Shown piece after piece: positions 1 to 12,166 of a stretch of DNA of 64,000 nt. A model generated the notes under the pieces. The model saw only the letters and a list, made by a program, of their open reading frames with translations. It did not search any database and was not told the origin of the DNA. The first letter of the stretch is position 1. Every line of letters starts with the position of its first letter. The position numbers were made by a program, and so were the translations under genes. The DNA comes from Vicugna vicugna (Eukaryota). The stretch lies in the NCBI GenBank assembly GCA_013265495.1, contig MU057744.1, positions 994,001 through 1,058,000 of the forward strand, read 5' to 3'.

Positions 1-869
1 CTCTCTCCATCTCCCTCCACCCAGGCCGCCTCCTCTAATCTCTCCAGTGACTGTAGGCTGTCATAAGTAAATAAAGAGGTGCTCCCTTCACACCACCTCT
101 CCTTTGGTCCATGCCTGTGGGGAGAGCAGCGTGGACAGCCCAGACGCGCAGATGGCAAACATCTAGGGGGAGCAAACAGAGTGTCTCCGTAAATCGCCTG
201 TTAACGCTCGTTTGGATCCTGCAAGGCGTTCCCAGGACCTCGTGCCTGGTCCGCAGCACGTACTTAATGAGGATTTGGGGGAAGAAAAGGAAGTTGAACC
301 TTGACTGGCCCATAGCTGCCACTTAGGGTTGCAGGTTGTGCACTGCGCAAATTCAGAGGTGCCCACTCAGACAGGTGTGGTTATGGAGTAAGACAGTTTT
401 CTGGCAGGTGTTTGATGAAGTGTCTTGGAAAGGGGAAACTTTTTTCCTATTTTGTAAAAATTCGTAAAATCTAGTGGTGGCGTGTACCTTTTTCTGCATT
501 TTGTCATTAAATTCCTTAAGTGTAACAAGTGGCAAAACAGAAGAAGCAAAATATTGAGAAATCAGAATCACTTCTTGTTTGATAAAGATACTGTGCAGTA
601 TTTTTGACTATTAATTCACGAGAAACATATCCAGAAGCTTGATATTTTAAAATGATACAAGTGAGTTGCTGAAGAGTAGGAAATGAGGAAAGAAGCAGAT
701 GTCAGAGGTGAATCCTTGCTGCTCAAAGTTATCATCCAATCCAGTATGCAAAGGGTCATTGATATCACGTGTGCATAATTTGTAGTTATTTGTAACTCCA
801 AGTATTTGTAGACATTTCTAAGTAAACTGTTATACTTCTGTTACTTCTATTTGCTTCTTTTTCTTTTTG

Positions 870-1400
870 AATTTTTAATTGACTTTATTCTTTTAGAGTA
901 GCTTCAGGTCCACAGCAGAATTGAGCAGAAAATACAGAGTTCACACGCAGCCCTCCCCACCCACACATACATACTCGCCTACCCTCAACATCCCTCATCA
1001 GTGTGGCCTGTTAGGTACAATTGATGAACCCACATGGACACATTGTTATCAGCCAGAGTCCATAGTTTACATGAGGGTTCACTCTTGATGCTGTACATTC
1101 CATGGGTTTTGACAAATGCGTAATGACATATAGACACACTATAGTATTATGCAGAATAATTTCATTGCCCTAAAAATCCCTTGTGTTCCATCTATTCATC
1201 CCTCCCTCCCTCCCCCTCCCCAAACCCCTGGAAACCACGATCTTTTTATTGTTTCTGTAGCTGTGCCTTTTCCAGAATGTCATTTGGTTGGAATCGTACA
1301 GTTTGTAGCCTTTTCGGACTGGCTTCTTTCATTTAGTAATAGGTCTTTTAAGTTTCTCCCATGTCTTTCATGGCTTGATAGATCTTTTTTTTTTTTTTTT
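870..1400 (-). mobile_element. Ancient L1 (L1MC-like) 3' end fragment
   Basis: Recognisable L1MC 3' UTR text (ttagagtagcttcaggtccacagcagaattgagcag...catagtttacatgagggttcactcttg); boundaries approximate. Confidence 0.75.
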
Positions 1401-1519
1401 ACTGCACTTATATTTTAAAAATTTATGTATATGTACTGTTCATTGTTTCTAAGAACATTTAGAGCTTTAGCTTTTTAAACTCACATAGTTATCAAAGAAA
1501 TAAATCCAACCACAAAATA

Positions 1520-1723
1520 AGAATTAATTCAAAAAGATACATACACCCTGCTATTAACAGCAACATTATTTATAATTGCCAAGACATGGAAGTATCCTAA
1601 GTGCACATCAATAGTTGAATAGATAATGAAGATGCAGTGTGTGTACACACACACACACACACACACACACGTGTATGTGATGGAATACAGCTCACCCATA
1701 AAAAAGGATAGTTTATCATTTGT
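1520..1723 (+). mobile_element. L1 ORF2-end fragment with an internal (CA)n
   Basis: aaaagatacatacaccc...gccaagacatggaag...tggaatacagctcacccataaaaaagga, homologous to the L1 at 5838. Confidence 0.75.
1645..1670. repeat. (AC)13 microsatellite flanked by short GT runs
   Basis: Directly visible. Confidence 0.95.
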
Positions 1724-2240
1724 GGCCCTTCATTCTCTCTTTTTTTTCACTTCAAAAACCAGTATTTTGTAACTGGCAGAGACATTTCCGTTACATCAAA
1801 AACAACAAAATACCTAGAAGTAAACTCAATTTCTATTTGCTTTTAAAAAGCATTTGGATACTAGCTGAGGAATGAAGATTTTGGTCTTGATGAAGAATTT
1901 TAGGCAATAGCTAACCAGCAGACCTGGTACTTTGTGGGTGTGGTAGAGGTGCTATCTTCTGGTAACTGTAAAAATCGCAGGTCCCTTTGTAGCCCTGAGA
2001 TGGAGGACAGCTGCTGGTTTTTTTTAAGTGTAGTGTATTTGTCTTAATCACTTTCTTGATGCAGTCAGAACCTATTCTGTCTTATTTTGTCTCCACTAAT
2101 GATTGAAAGTGTTTCTCTAAACTCACTGGGGTAAGCTTGTATCCATATGAACGCTGTTATCAAAGGACACATTTGTGCTTTGTTTTTTTAGTTTAAAAAT
2201 ATTTTTAAATTTTTTTACTTAAGCAACTATTTTATCTCAG

Positions 2241-2372
2241 TTTTTGTGTTTTTGAGGGGGAAGGTGGTTGGTGATTAGGCTTACTTATTTTTAATGGCGG
2301 TCCTGGGGATTGAACCCATGACCTCATGCATGCGAAGCACACGTTCTACTGCTGAGCTCTACCCTCCCCCCC
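2241..2372 (-). mobile_element. tRNA-Ala-derived SINE (vic-1-like), antisense
   Basis: Reverse complement gives gggagggtagagctcagcagtagaacgtgtgcttcgcatgcatgaggtcatgggttcaatcccc... followed by the family tail. Confidence 0.9.
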
Positions 2373-2418
2373 GTGCTTTTAAATTAAAGAAAATGCTCTC
2401 CGTTTGTTTTCTTGACAG

Positions 2419-2477
2419 ATCACTTGGCGAAGGAGCCAGTGGAAGACACAGACCCTAGCACCATATCCCTTAACATG
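2419..2477 (+). CDS. EDARADD: EDARADD coding exon 2 (59 nt): (D)[19 protein letters not shown]; contains the TRAF6-type PxExx(acidic) motif PVEDTD
   Basis: Acceptor ttttcttgacag, donor ATG|gtaggt. Translation matches remembered mammalian EDARADD (human [20 protein letters not shown]) and splices in frame to the next exon. Confidence 0.95.
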
Positions 2478-2889
2478 GTAGGTTACAAGTTTTACATTAA
2501 TAGTGATGACTCTTGTTTTTCCTTTTTTCCCTTTGTTATTTCTTTACATTTTCATTACTTGGTATTTACATGAAGATCAGAAACCGTAAATTAAGGTCTC
2601 CCAAGATACATTTTTCACGATACTTCCCTGTGACATAATAAACTTTGGGTTTCTCCAGGCTAAAAACGGTATTAGGCTGTGTTCTCGTTTCGCATACATC
2701 AGAGGTGACCTTCTGAGAGTGTGTGAGGTCTTTATCTCCTTGTGTACTTACTATGTTTAATTACCCCTTCTTCAGGAGTCAAAATATCTACCTTGAGGTG
2801 GAAGGAAAAAATGTAGGACCACCTTCCAGTAGTGGAGGGCTGCCTGTATGTCAGATGGGCACACAACGGATGTACCTCTCACCACGTTT

Positions 2890-3050
2890 AGTCCCTGCAG
2901 CCATCCTGTGAGATAGTCACTGCCCACTTTACCGATGAAAAACTGAGGCACGGAGTGGGCTAATTTGCCCAACTTGAAAGCAGCCCAGGTGGGATTCGAG
3001 CCCAGCAGCTGGATCCAGACCCCTGCCCCGGCCTCCCATAACCACTCTGT
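2890..3050 (-). mobile_element. MIR fragment
   Basis: Core-like cccactttaccgatgaaaaactgaggcacggag...gggattcgagcccag. Confidence 0.7.
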
Positions 3051-3824
3051 GGCAAGTCTGCTGCTTTAAAAGACTTCACACACGTCGTTTTCATCCTGCA
3101 TATAGCCTGTGAGCTGGTGGGCCGGGTGTCTTCATCCCCATCCTGCAGGTGAGGAAATGGCAGTTACCTGATTCGTATACGGTCTCCCAGACAGAAGCCC
3201 TGCTCTCTTAACATGTTACCGCCCCTCACTTATGACCAAATGCGTGCCTTTGACAACATCACACGTTTACTAGGTGTGCAGTGTGAGATACACCCCTTTC
3301 TTCAAAGGGCTTGGAGGGTGTGATCTCCTGAGTCATGCACAGTTCGGACTCGTTTAGGTGGCATGGCAGAAAAGACACTTGATATCATTCAGTTCAGTGT
3401 CTCTAAGTCTTTGGAAGTTCCCAAGGCACCTCAGTGTCTTGAAGACCTGAGATGTTTGTTTTCACAGCTTTTGTTTGGCCCTGGCACAGTTTGATAAGTG
3501 TGGACAGTGTCAGTTGCAAGCTTTGAGACACTGGGGGAGTGAACATGAAAAAATTCCATCTCCTAACTCTCTTAAAAGCAGAGTGCAAAGTGACCCTGTG
3601 GTTTCTGATCCCCTCCAGTGTGGTCCATTACCAGAGCTGTGGGTTCCAGCAAGCGGTACTCAGCTCGCCCCTCCCACGACCTGACCTGTGATGGTCTCGA
3701 GGCTGGCTCACAGCCTTGACCCCCTAGGCCGCCGCCTCATTGCTCACCTTGGGTCCTGGCCACTCCTCCACGCTGCTGGGACAAGGAAGTTTTCCTGCAG
3801 CTTTTCTGCATTAATTTTGGGGAG

Positions 3825-4255
3825 TTGTCCTGACAAAGTCCCCACAAACAGAGTGGCTTCAGCAACAGAAATGTATTGTCTCACTGCTCTGGAGGCCAGA
3901 AGCCCGAAGTCAAGGTGTCCGCAGGCCTGTGCTCCCCTGAGACCTGCGGGGGAGAATCCTGTCATGTCCTTCAGCTTTCAGTGCGTGCCGCCAGGTCTTG
4001 GCACCCCTGGCCTGTAGCTGCCCTACTCCGTTGTCTGCCATTGTTGGCACACGGCCGCCTTCTCCCTGTGTGTCTGTCTCGGTGTCTCCTCTCTTACAAG
4101 GATGTCTGTCCTGTGGATTAAGGGCCCAGCCTGCCCCAGTGTGACCTCATCTTACCTCTTTTATCTACAGTGACCCTGTTCCGGTGAGCGCCCATTCTGA
4201 CGTCCTGGGGGTTAGGACTCCAACATCTCTTTTTGGGGGGACATATTTCACCCCG
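3825..4255 (-). mobile_element. MLT1-type (MaLR) solo LTR
   Basis: Typical acagaaatgtattgtctcactgctctggaggccagaagcccgaagtcaaggtgt...ggttaggactccaacatctctttttgggggga. Confidence 0.8.
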
Positions 4256-5837
4256 CGGCCTTCCTGCTGTCTTCAGGGTAAAGTGTGCAGTCCTTGACGT
4301 GGCAGATGAGGGCCTCCGTGACCTTGTCTCAACATGCCTTTGGTGAGCCAGTCCTGTGTAACAGCCTGCTGCTCCCCAGACGCCCCACGTCCTCTTACCG
4401 TCGCAGGATACCGATCGCACCGGCCCCTCCCTGTGAACTCCGGGGCCTCCTGCCGTCTTAGTCCGAGCATTCTGTATCTAGGAAGCCCTCCCTGCCCTAC
4501 CCTGGGACCTCGAGTGCTCCCCACTCTGTAGCCCAGTCCTGACTTTTGTCACACCGTGTGGGGATTGTTTGCCTCCCTGGCTTCCTGCAGGGCTGTGCTG
4601 ACCATCTTCGCCCGTGCAGAGGGCACAAAGCAGGCAGACTTCCCGAGACCCCGGAACGGCACTCCTTCTCAGCCCCCTCACTTCACTTCAGGCTCTTCAA
4701 GAAAACTGGCTCCAGTATTTCGTGTCCAACCTTGTCTTCCCTTCCCGCCTCCAACAGGCATCTCTGCGTGACCTGCCTTCCACCTTCACTCCCACACCTG
4801 CCATGCCACTCTTCCAGTCACCTGGCCCGGCCCCGGTGTGTCCGCTGTCTGCAGTTGCCAAGCCCCTTCAGTCAGCCGAGTCCTGGGCATCCTCTAGGCC
4901 GAGCTCAGATGTCAGGCTTTCCAGGAAACCTGCACTTGTTCATTCACACAGACCAAACTGAGTCAAAATCTGGGAGGCCATGGTCATGGTCCCTTCTCTT
5001 GAAACACTCAGTGAAGCTGAGGAAATAGATAAGTGCTTTGAAAAGAGACTGATACGTATGACAGTACAGGCGTGCTCTTCCAGCTCTGGCGAGCACAGTG
5101 TGGAGAAGGATTTAGTCTGGGAGAAATTTGTTTGACTTTAGTTCTTTGTGATTGACGATTGATTTCTTTTGTGGAAAGGGGTTGGAGGCTTCCAGAGGTT
5201 CCGAAACTTTCCTGACCAGCTCCAAAAAAACTCCAAGGAAAGGCACTTAAAACAGAGTCCTTGGTTCTACATTTGTTTCTGTTTCTCCTCTGTCAAAGGA
5301 AGACATTGATGAGACCTGCAGGAGAGTTGGAAGGTGTAGCTTTGTTTGGGCTGGAGGACCCTGGACCCAGAGGCCCAGATGCTGTGAATGGTGGCACTGA
5401 GCTGGGTTAGAGGACAGACTGGGGAGACTGGGTGCATCCCCACTCCCCTCACTGTATAATCTGAGGTAGAACTTTCCAGAACTTTAGAAACCTGCGTCTT
5501 TCTTAGTACCAAAAGAGAGATGTGTGACTATAAGAGCATTTGCTATTTTGAATTGCCTGTAATAGTGCTACCCTCAACTAAAGCACTGGGGAAGTCTGCA
5601 TAACTGCACGATGGGTGACTAATTTGTAGATCTTCATGCAATCAATGGGAGAGTCACGTTTTGAATCCTGTCCTAGTCAACCCAGGACAGAGCTCTCCAA
5701 TAGTGAGAACATGTGCTCGTTGACCCAAATGAATGACACAGAAATGGTGAAAGAAGTGGGTCTGTCCCCAGAATTCACTAACACAAATGTTCCTCAATTT
5801 TAAGCTGCAGTTGGTAGATAGAGGGAATAGCACTGCA

Positions 5838-6492
5838 TACCCTGTGACCCAGCAGCCCCACTGCTGGGCATGTGTCTGGAGGGAGTTCTAACTCAGAAAG
5901 ACACCTGCACCCCTGTGTTCACAGCAGCACTATGTACAACAGCCAAGACACAATAACAACCTAAATGTCCATTGACAGATGGCTGGATAAAGACTCTGTG
6001 GTATATCTATACTATGGAATACTACTCAGCCATAAAAAAGGATAAAATAATGCCATTTGCAGCAACATGGATGGACCTGGAGATGATCATACTAAGTGAA
6101 GTCAGCCAGACAGACAAAGATAGATATCATATGTTATCAATTATATGTGGAATCTAAAAAAAATAGAAATGAATTTATGTACAAAACAGAAACAAACTCA
6201 TAGACATAGAAAACAAACTTATTGTTACCTTGTGGGTAAAGAGGTAGGAAGGGATAAATTGGGAGTTTGAGATTTGCAGACGTTAACCACTTTATATAAA
6301 AATAGGTTAAAAACCCCCAATTTCTTCTATATAGCACAGGGAACTATATTCAATATCTTATAGTAACCTATAATGAAAAAAAAATGAAAAGGAATATATG
6401 TCTGTATAGGTATGACTGAAACATTGGGCTGTGTGCCAGAAATTGATGCAACACTTTAAACTGACTACACTTCAATTAAAAAAAAAAAGAAA
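5838..6492 (+). mobile_element. 5'-truncated, relatively young L1 (ORF2 end, 3' UTR, A tail) with a 13-bp TSD
   Basis: ORF 5972-6157 reads WIKTLWYIYTMEYYSAIKK...FAATWMDLE (L1 ORF2 C-terminus). Perfect TSD gaatagcactgca at 5825-5837 and 6493-6505. Confidence 0.95.
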
Positions 6493-6778
6493 GAATAGCA
6501 CTGCAGAAAAGAGAGGAAGTGTGGTTTAGTGGTGAGAGCTGAAGGCTTGTTCTGTTTCATATTCCAACATTAACTCCTCATCAACCTTGGTTTCTCTTCT
6601 ATAAATTGACAATAAAAACAAGCAATGAGGCAGGCCTGTTGATAAATCTAGGGCTGAAAACTTACAAGGTTTTAAGTTAAAATCATGGCTTTCCCAGCCC
6701 AAAGCTTTCTTTTCATGTTGATCTTATAATTGACTGCGGTGTTTAAAAATAACTCTGCTCTTTTGTTGGTTTCTACAG

Positions 6779-6818
6779 TCAGACAAATATCCCATTCAAG
6801 ATACGGGACTCCCTAAAG
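6779..6818 (+). CDS. EDARADD: EDARADD coding exon 3 (40 nt): SDKYPIQDTGLPK; contains the PxQxT TRAF-binding motif PIQDT
   Basis: Acceptor ttggtttctacag, donor AAAG|gtacgt. Phase 0 in, phase 1 out, continuous with flanking exons. Confidence 0.95.
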
Positions 6819-6896
6819 GTACGTACATTTAATCTAACGACTTGAACTTGTGATTATTTTCGTATCTTGAACAAAGCGCTAGTCAGAGTAATTTTT

Positions 6897-6940
6897 CAGA
6901 TTTTAAAATTGTAAAACAGATTTTAAAATTGTGAAACAGA
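6897..6940. repeat. 20-bp tandem duplication cagattttaaaattgt(a/g)aaa x2.2
   Basis: Directly visible, about 80 nt downstream of exon 3. Confidence 0.9.
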
Positions 6941-8243
6941 AACATACTGATAATTTAGTGCATGACTTGGTGAGTACCTCGGGTATGAGTTTTCTAATTA
7001 AAGTCTAGGAATTATTTTCTAACAGATTATACATTAAATTCCTATGGGGTTCTTAACATGCATAAAATGAAGGAGACCTGGGCGGTGGGTTGCAAGTGAC
7101 AGAAATGTAACTCAAGTTAGTTGTAAATGGTAGGGGGCACTTAGTGGCTTAGCGTCCTGAGGTGCGGCTAATTCTAAGCATTTAAGTGATGTCTCCAGCC
7201 CAATCTCTCTCTCTGTCGTGGTTCTGTCTTTGTGTTGGCTCCATTCTCAGGCAGACTTTCCCCACGTGGCGGGAAAGATTGTCTCTGACACCCCCAGCTT
7301 CACTTGGTGCTGCTCAAGACGGTGGAGACAGGGAACCTTTCCCCCAGCACACATGGCGCACTTTGCGGGGCAGTTGGCTGGGTGGCCATCCCTGAGCCAG
7401 CTGCTGCTGTCAGGAGGGTGGATGGCTGAGCAGGTCTGAGCCCGGAGGCCAGGTGAGCGGGGAGGTGGAAGGCTAGGGCTCAGCTGTGCTCAAACCCAGG
7501 AAGGAGAGTTCTGTTACCAGTCCAGGGGCAGGGGACACTTGTCAGTCCCCAGAGCAAAAAGGAGCCGCCTTTTATGATCCACAGATGAATGTCTCAGGCT
7601 GGGGGCAGGCCACAGAGGCCTCAGCCTTTCCTGCTTTCCCTGGGAAGTCTGCAGGGCTGGATCCAGTATGAGACCACGCTGCTGGTTGTCACACTGGAGC
7701 ACTTGCCTTGGGCTCTGCTGGCAACCCAGGGAAGAGGCAGGGGTGGGGGGAGAGCAGCGCAATCAGGCCTGACCCACTTCAGAGACAGCTGGCGGCCCCC
7801 GGTTTCCTGGAGGGGCGGGCTTCCTGGCAGCCACGGCTGTGGGTTTCCCAGCAGGCCTTCTGGTGATGCCCTCACCGGGCCTCCCACCTGCTGGGTCAGA
7901 AGGGAGCCCCCAGCCAGGGCCCGCCTGTGGCTGAGTCCCCCCTCCGTCAGTGCCTGCTCACCAGACTGTCTCCAGGCTCCCTGAAACGACCTCATGAGGA
8001 TTTCATTCCTTTTGCCTCGGTCCATGTCCCCGGAACGGTGTAGGAGAAGAGGCAGAAGGCCGGCTGTGAGCCCCAGCTCTGGCTGTAGGGCAGGCTTCCC
8101 CACAAGCGCCCTGCCCCCTTTCCCCTGTCACTTCCTGGAGGACTTCTCAGTGTCCTGGGTTCCCTAAGTTGGGCTGGTCTAGGTCAGCGAGAAGGTGGAA
8201 GGTGCGAGCCAGGCCACCAGGTCAGATGGGAGGCCGTCTCGGG

Positions 8244-8418
8244 CAGTGTTCCTTGGACTTCAGGGTGCAGAATCATCTGGGGGGCTAGTTTAAAATGCAG
8301 ACTCTGGGCTCCCCTACTCCGAAATCTTGATGCAGTGGGTCTAGGGTCAGGCCCAGAAACCCATGTTTTAATGCATACTTGCATGGTTGGGATGCAGGCC
8401 TCCACTTGAGAGCCTGCC
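8244..8418. mobile_element. MER5-family (hAT-Charlie) MITE
   Basis: gcagaatcatctggggggctagtttaaaatgcagactctggg...gggtctagggtcaggcccagaa; boundaries approximate. Confidence 0.7.
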
Positions 8419-10627
8419 TACGAAGCTTTGAGAAGTTGGCACACCTGCCAACAGACGTGTAGAAGTGAACCGAGCTCCCACTGGACCGCTGACCCTGAGA
8501 GCCCTCAGCAGGTGACTTCCCACCCCAGGGCCTCAGTGTCCTGTCTGCAGTGCACGGAGGACACTATTAGCGCCTGCCTCTCAGGGTGACTGTGAGAATT
8601 CAGTGAAACGAGTCTGGAGTGGAGACTGGCGCACACGAGCATCAGACGGGGTGGGGGGAAATCTGGCAGAAGAGCTGCGAAAAGTCAGGGCCGGGGCTGC
8701 TGGAAGCTTTTGTAGCAGAGGGGCAAACGTGGAACCGTTCCAGGCAGTGAGCCTGGGAGTGCATTGTCACGCTTTGATCTGCCTCAAGATCTTCTCTGTC
8801 ATCTTGCACATGATTTCTGGTTTTAAAAGAAGAAGATGGTTGCTTAGCAGCCTGGTAATCCCGCAGTTGTGCTATTGGGTTTCTCCTAGAATTAGAGTGT
8901 TGGAAACCTTAATTAAAACAGTGACGCGTTGATGAGTAATGTGACTGCCAAAACGGTACTCCACATCTGTCTTCTGTCTTTATTCACGGGGAAGAGGGTT
9001 ATGAAGCGCCTAATTTCTTACCTCCAGGAAATACATCATTGTATATGTAATGAACCATGTCCAGAAGTTTGGAGACTTATTCCACTGTTTGCATTCGATA
9101 CTATAGTCATTTTCTATCTGCAGTATTTTTTAAAACATACCATAATGGAGCCAGTATCATCATTAAATGTTTATGATAATTTTCTCATTGAATTTTTTTT
9201 TAGGGAAAGAAAATCTGTATGCATTAGTGAAGAGACTAATTTATAGATTAAAAGTAAATGTAATCTAGGTACATGAAGTAGAATCTCAGACTCTGATATT
9301 TAAGTGACTTCTAAGGGGGCCTGCTTAGAGGAGGAGTACTTTGTAATTAGCTTGAACAATTTCCATGTGATTCAGAAGTCTTCAAAATACTTCCTTAGAC
9401 AGATCAGCACATTTCACAAAATCTTTATTATAACTCTAGTATATGTCACTCATGGACAGTCTAAAGCTATTCCTTAACACAGTCCAAACCAGAGTGGACT
9501 GTGGTTTTACTATAAAACAGCTGTGGGAATCTGGTGTAATTTCAGTGATCGGCATGTTTTTGAGGTGAAACATGTTATTCTACCTGTTTTGTCATAGGAG
9601 CCTCCACCTCCCCTGATTTTAGAGATGTCAGGGGCTTCACTCCGTCAGGCTTCTGTTCCGATAGGTGGCCTCTGAGATTCTGCAGGCACTAAGCTCAGGA
9701 CTAATTTAAGATCAGGGTTTATTTTATGTCACAGAAACTGCTAGCTTGAGTGTTCTGAAGGGAATGTGACACTTTGCATTTTGAGGGAAAAATGTCTTTG
9801 GAAAAAAGAAATCTGATTTTTGAGCCACTATTCTAGTGAAGGGAAATTGCACATAAATACATCATAAATCAGTCAAGATTTTATCTTCATTTTCTCTGGT
9901 GTTACTGCTTTTTTATTGTTCAAAAAATTATATTGCAAACATGAAGTTAGAGAGAAATAAAGTAGTAGACTGATTTTACTGTTAATGTTGAGGAATTTGA
10001 ACTGAAGCGTGGGTGATATTTGGAACAATTTGTTAACTAAATGTTGAAGTAGTAGTTCAGTTCGAAAGAGTTGGAAGAGAATCAAGTACTCAGGAAATCA
10101 GTAACGTAATTCAGAGGTACAAACGCCTGCCCCAAACAAGCAAGCCAGTCACTGTGTCGTATTTCACATGATTTCTCACCTCGCCTGATTGACGGTATTT
10201 TGCTAATAGGTTTCCTTGTTCTAACATGAAGCTGCACCCCTTCCCCACCTGCATGACTTGATGTGTCCTGGTCCCCCTCATTCTACGAACTCAGTCCCTC
10301 CCACCCAACCTTGCCCAAGACTCTTGGCAATCCCCTGTTACAGCAAACCCCAAATCAACCCCCTCCCCCAAATTATGGCAGGAACACAAAGCGACCATTC
10401 TGCAGGGTTTTTTCCCTTTGGTGGGGAGTGGAGGGGAAGGAGAGGGACCCGACCACAGGAGTGTTTGGGGGACCGTGTGAGGAAAGTTGCTGCTTTTATA
10501 ATTTAAGTTAACATATTGGGAAGTAAAAAGCCCCACCTCTACAGAAGTGCTGGGTTGACCACTACGACGAGAGGCACTGTGGGAACTGGTATGGCTGCAC
10601 CCGCATGTCCACTCCTTTCGCTGTGAA

Positions 10628-10800
10628 GAGCCTCGCTTTAGAGGGCATCTGAATTCCGGGGGTGCTTGGTGGGGGCCAGGTTGCTGGGGTCCCCGAGATT
10701 CCAATTCAGGATGTCTGGAGGGGAGCGCGGGAATCTGCACTGTTAGCAGGCAGCCCCGGGGATCCTGATGGGAGAGACCCGGGACCGCAGCTTGAGACAC
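10628..10800. mobile_element. MER5-family MITE
   Basis: gcatctgaattccgggggtgctt...gagattccaattcagg...ggaatctgcactgttagcagg; boundaries approximate. Confidence 0.6.
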
Positions 10801-12107
10801 GCATGCCTCGGCAGGGTCTCTGCTGGTCCAGCTCGCAGAGAGAACAGAGTCTCGGTCAGAGACCACGCTTTTAGTTTAACTTTCTCAGACAACACGACTG
10901 AGGGAAAATGTCCTTTCCTCCAGTCAGAATTGTGTGGGAGGCAATGAACATAGCTCCTCATGTGAGCAAACCTATCAAACCGGCATGTAGTAGGTCAACA
11001 AATGGTAATGAATGTAAAAAATAAGTAGATGAATCAATCAGTCATTCAGTCTTAACTTTTGAACTGTGAGTTAAATGGTTCTCCATTCAAGGCTTCGTAA
11101 CTCCAAACATTTACATGACACTAAACGTTTCTTTCAGAACATACCGTATTTCTGTCAGCTCTCAAATTTTAGAGTGTGACATTGAATTCTGTGGTTGAAG
11201 ATTAAAATCTGATGGAACAAAATCCATTTTTAACACATTCGTGCCATCTTCACCACAAGCTGGGGAGCTGTGACGTTAACACACAAGTGAGATAACCTAG
11301 GGATGGAATTTCCTTCCTAGCAGTTAATTCCGAAAGGTGTTAAACACTTCGCTGACCTGTCATGTTCCTTTGACTGTTGCTGGCAGTCCACACTCTAACA
11401 ACAGAACCCAAACGGTTTTGGTGTGGCTTTTAGGAGGGCGAGCTGTGAAGACGAGTGCAGTCCCACTCTGCTCTCTGAAAGGCTCGGTGAGCAGACAGAA
11501 CAGCAGTGAGCACATAGAGTCTGATGTCACGTTAATCAGAGGGGATGCGTTTTGACCTCCCCCTGCTCACCCCATTGGTGAGGGAGGGGTCCTGCCCTGG
11601 GGTTGTGGGGATGGCCACACACAGGGCTCCTGACACTGGACAGAGGAGGTTGACAGCAGCTTACGAGTCAGTGTACCCACAGCCTGGGGGAGGACACTGC
11701 ACTCCATGCAGGGTCACCTGGGGTTGCACTTGCGAACAGAATGAACAACCAGGGGCTGTGGGTGACAAGCGTTGTCCTATCAAGAGGGGTCTGATGGCCC
11801 CAGGTTCCCAAGGAAGAATGTGATTGGCTTGTCTGAGTAATTCAGGGGTCTGGCAAGGAACTGAAATCCACCGCTCCCGGATCAGCGGGGACTGTGCCGA
11901 GTCCCTTGATAAGGCACGTTGTTCAGCTGGGGGTCGTGTCCATGGGGCAGAGCAGGGAGAGGTGCAGCTGGGCTGTCCAGGCCCTCCTGGGTTTTCCAGA
12001 TGTCAAGGCACATATACTGAGTCACAATATTGAGTCTTAACTTTGGCCTTACGCCCCGGAGTATGGGCTTTCTTTATCAAGCTTTGTGTCTTTTTTTTTC
12101 CCCCTAG

Positions 12108-12166
12108 CCAAGGACTGTGATCCAATTACTTTGAACTGCCCGACAAATTCTGACGTGCGACAGCAG
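12108..12166 (+). CDS. EDARADD: EDARADD coding exon 4 (59 nt): (A)KDCDPITLNCPTNSDVRQQ
   Basis: Acceptor tttttttccccctag, donor CAG|gtagga. Resembles human [20 protein letters not shown] (recalled). Confidence 0.93.

Noticed and set aside
1..2418. EDARADD exon 1 or promoter
   Set aside because: No match to the remembered first-exon peptides (MASPDDPLR or MGLRTTKQM type) and no CpG island; exon 1 should lie upstream of the window.
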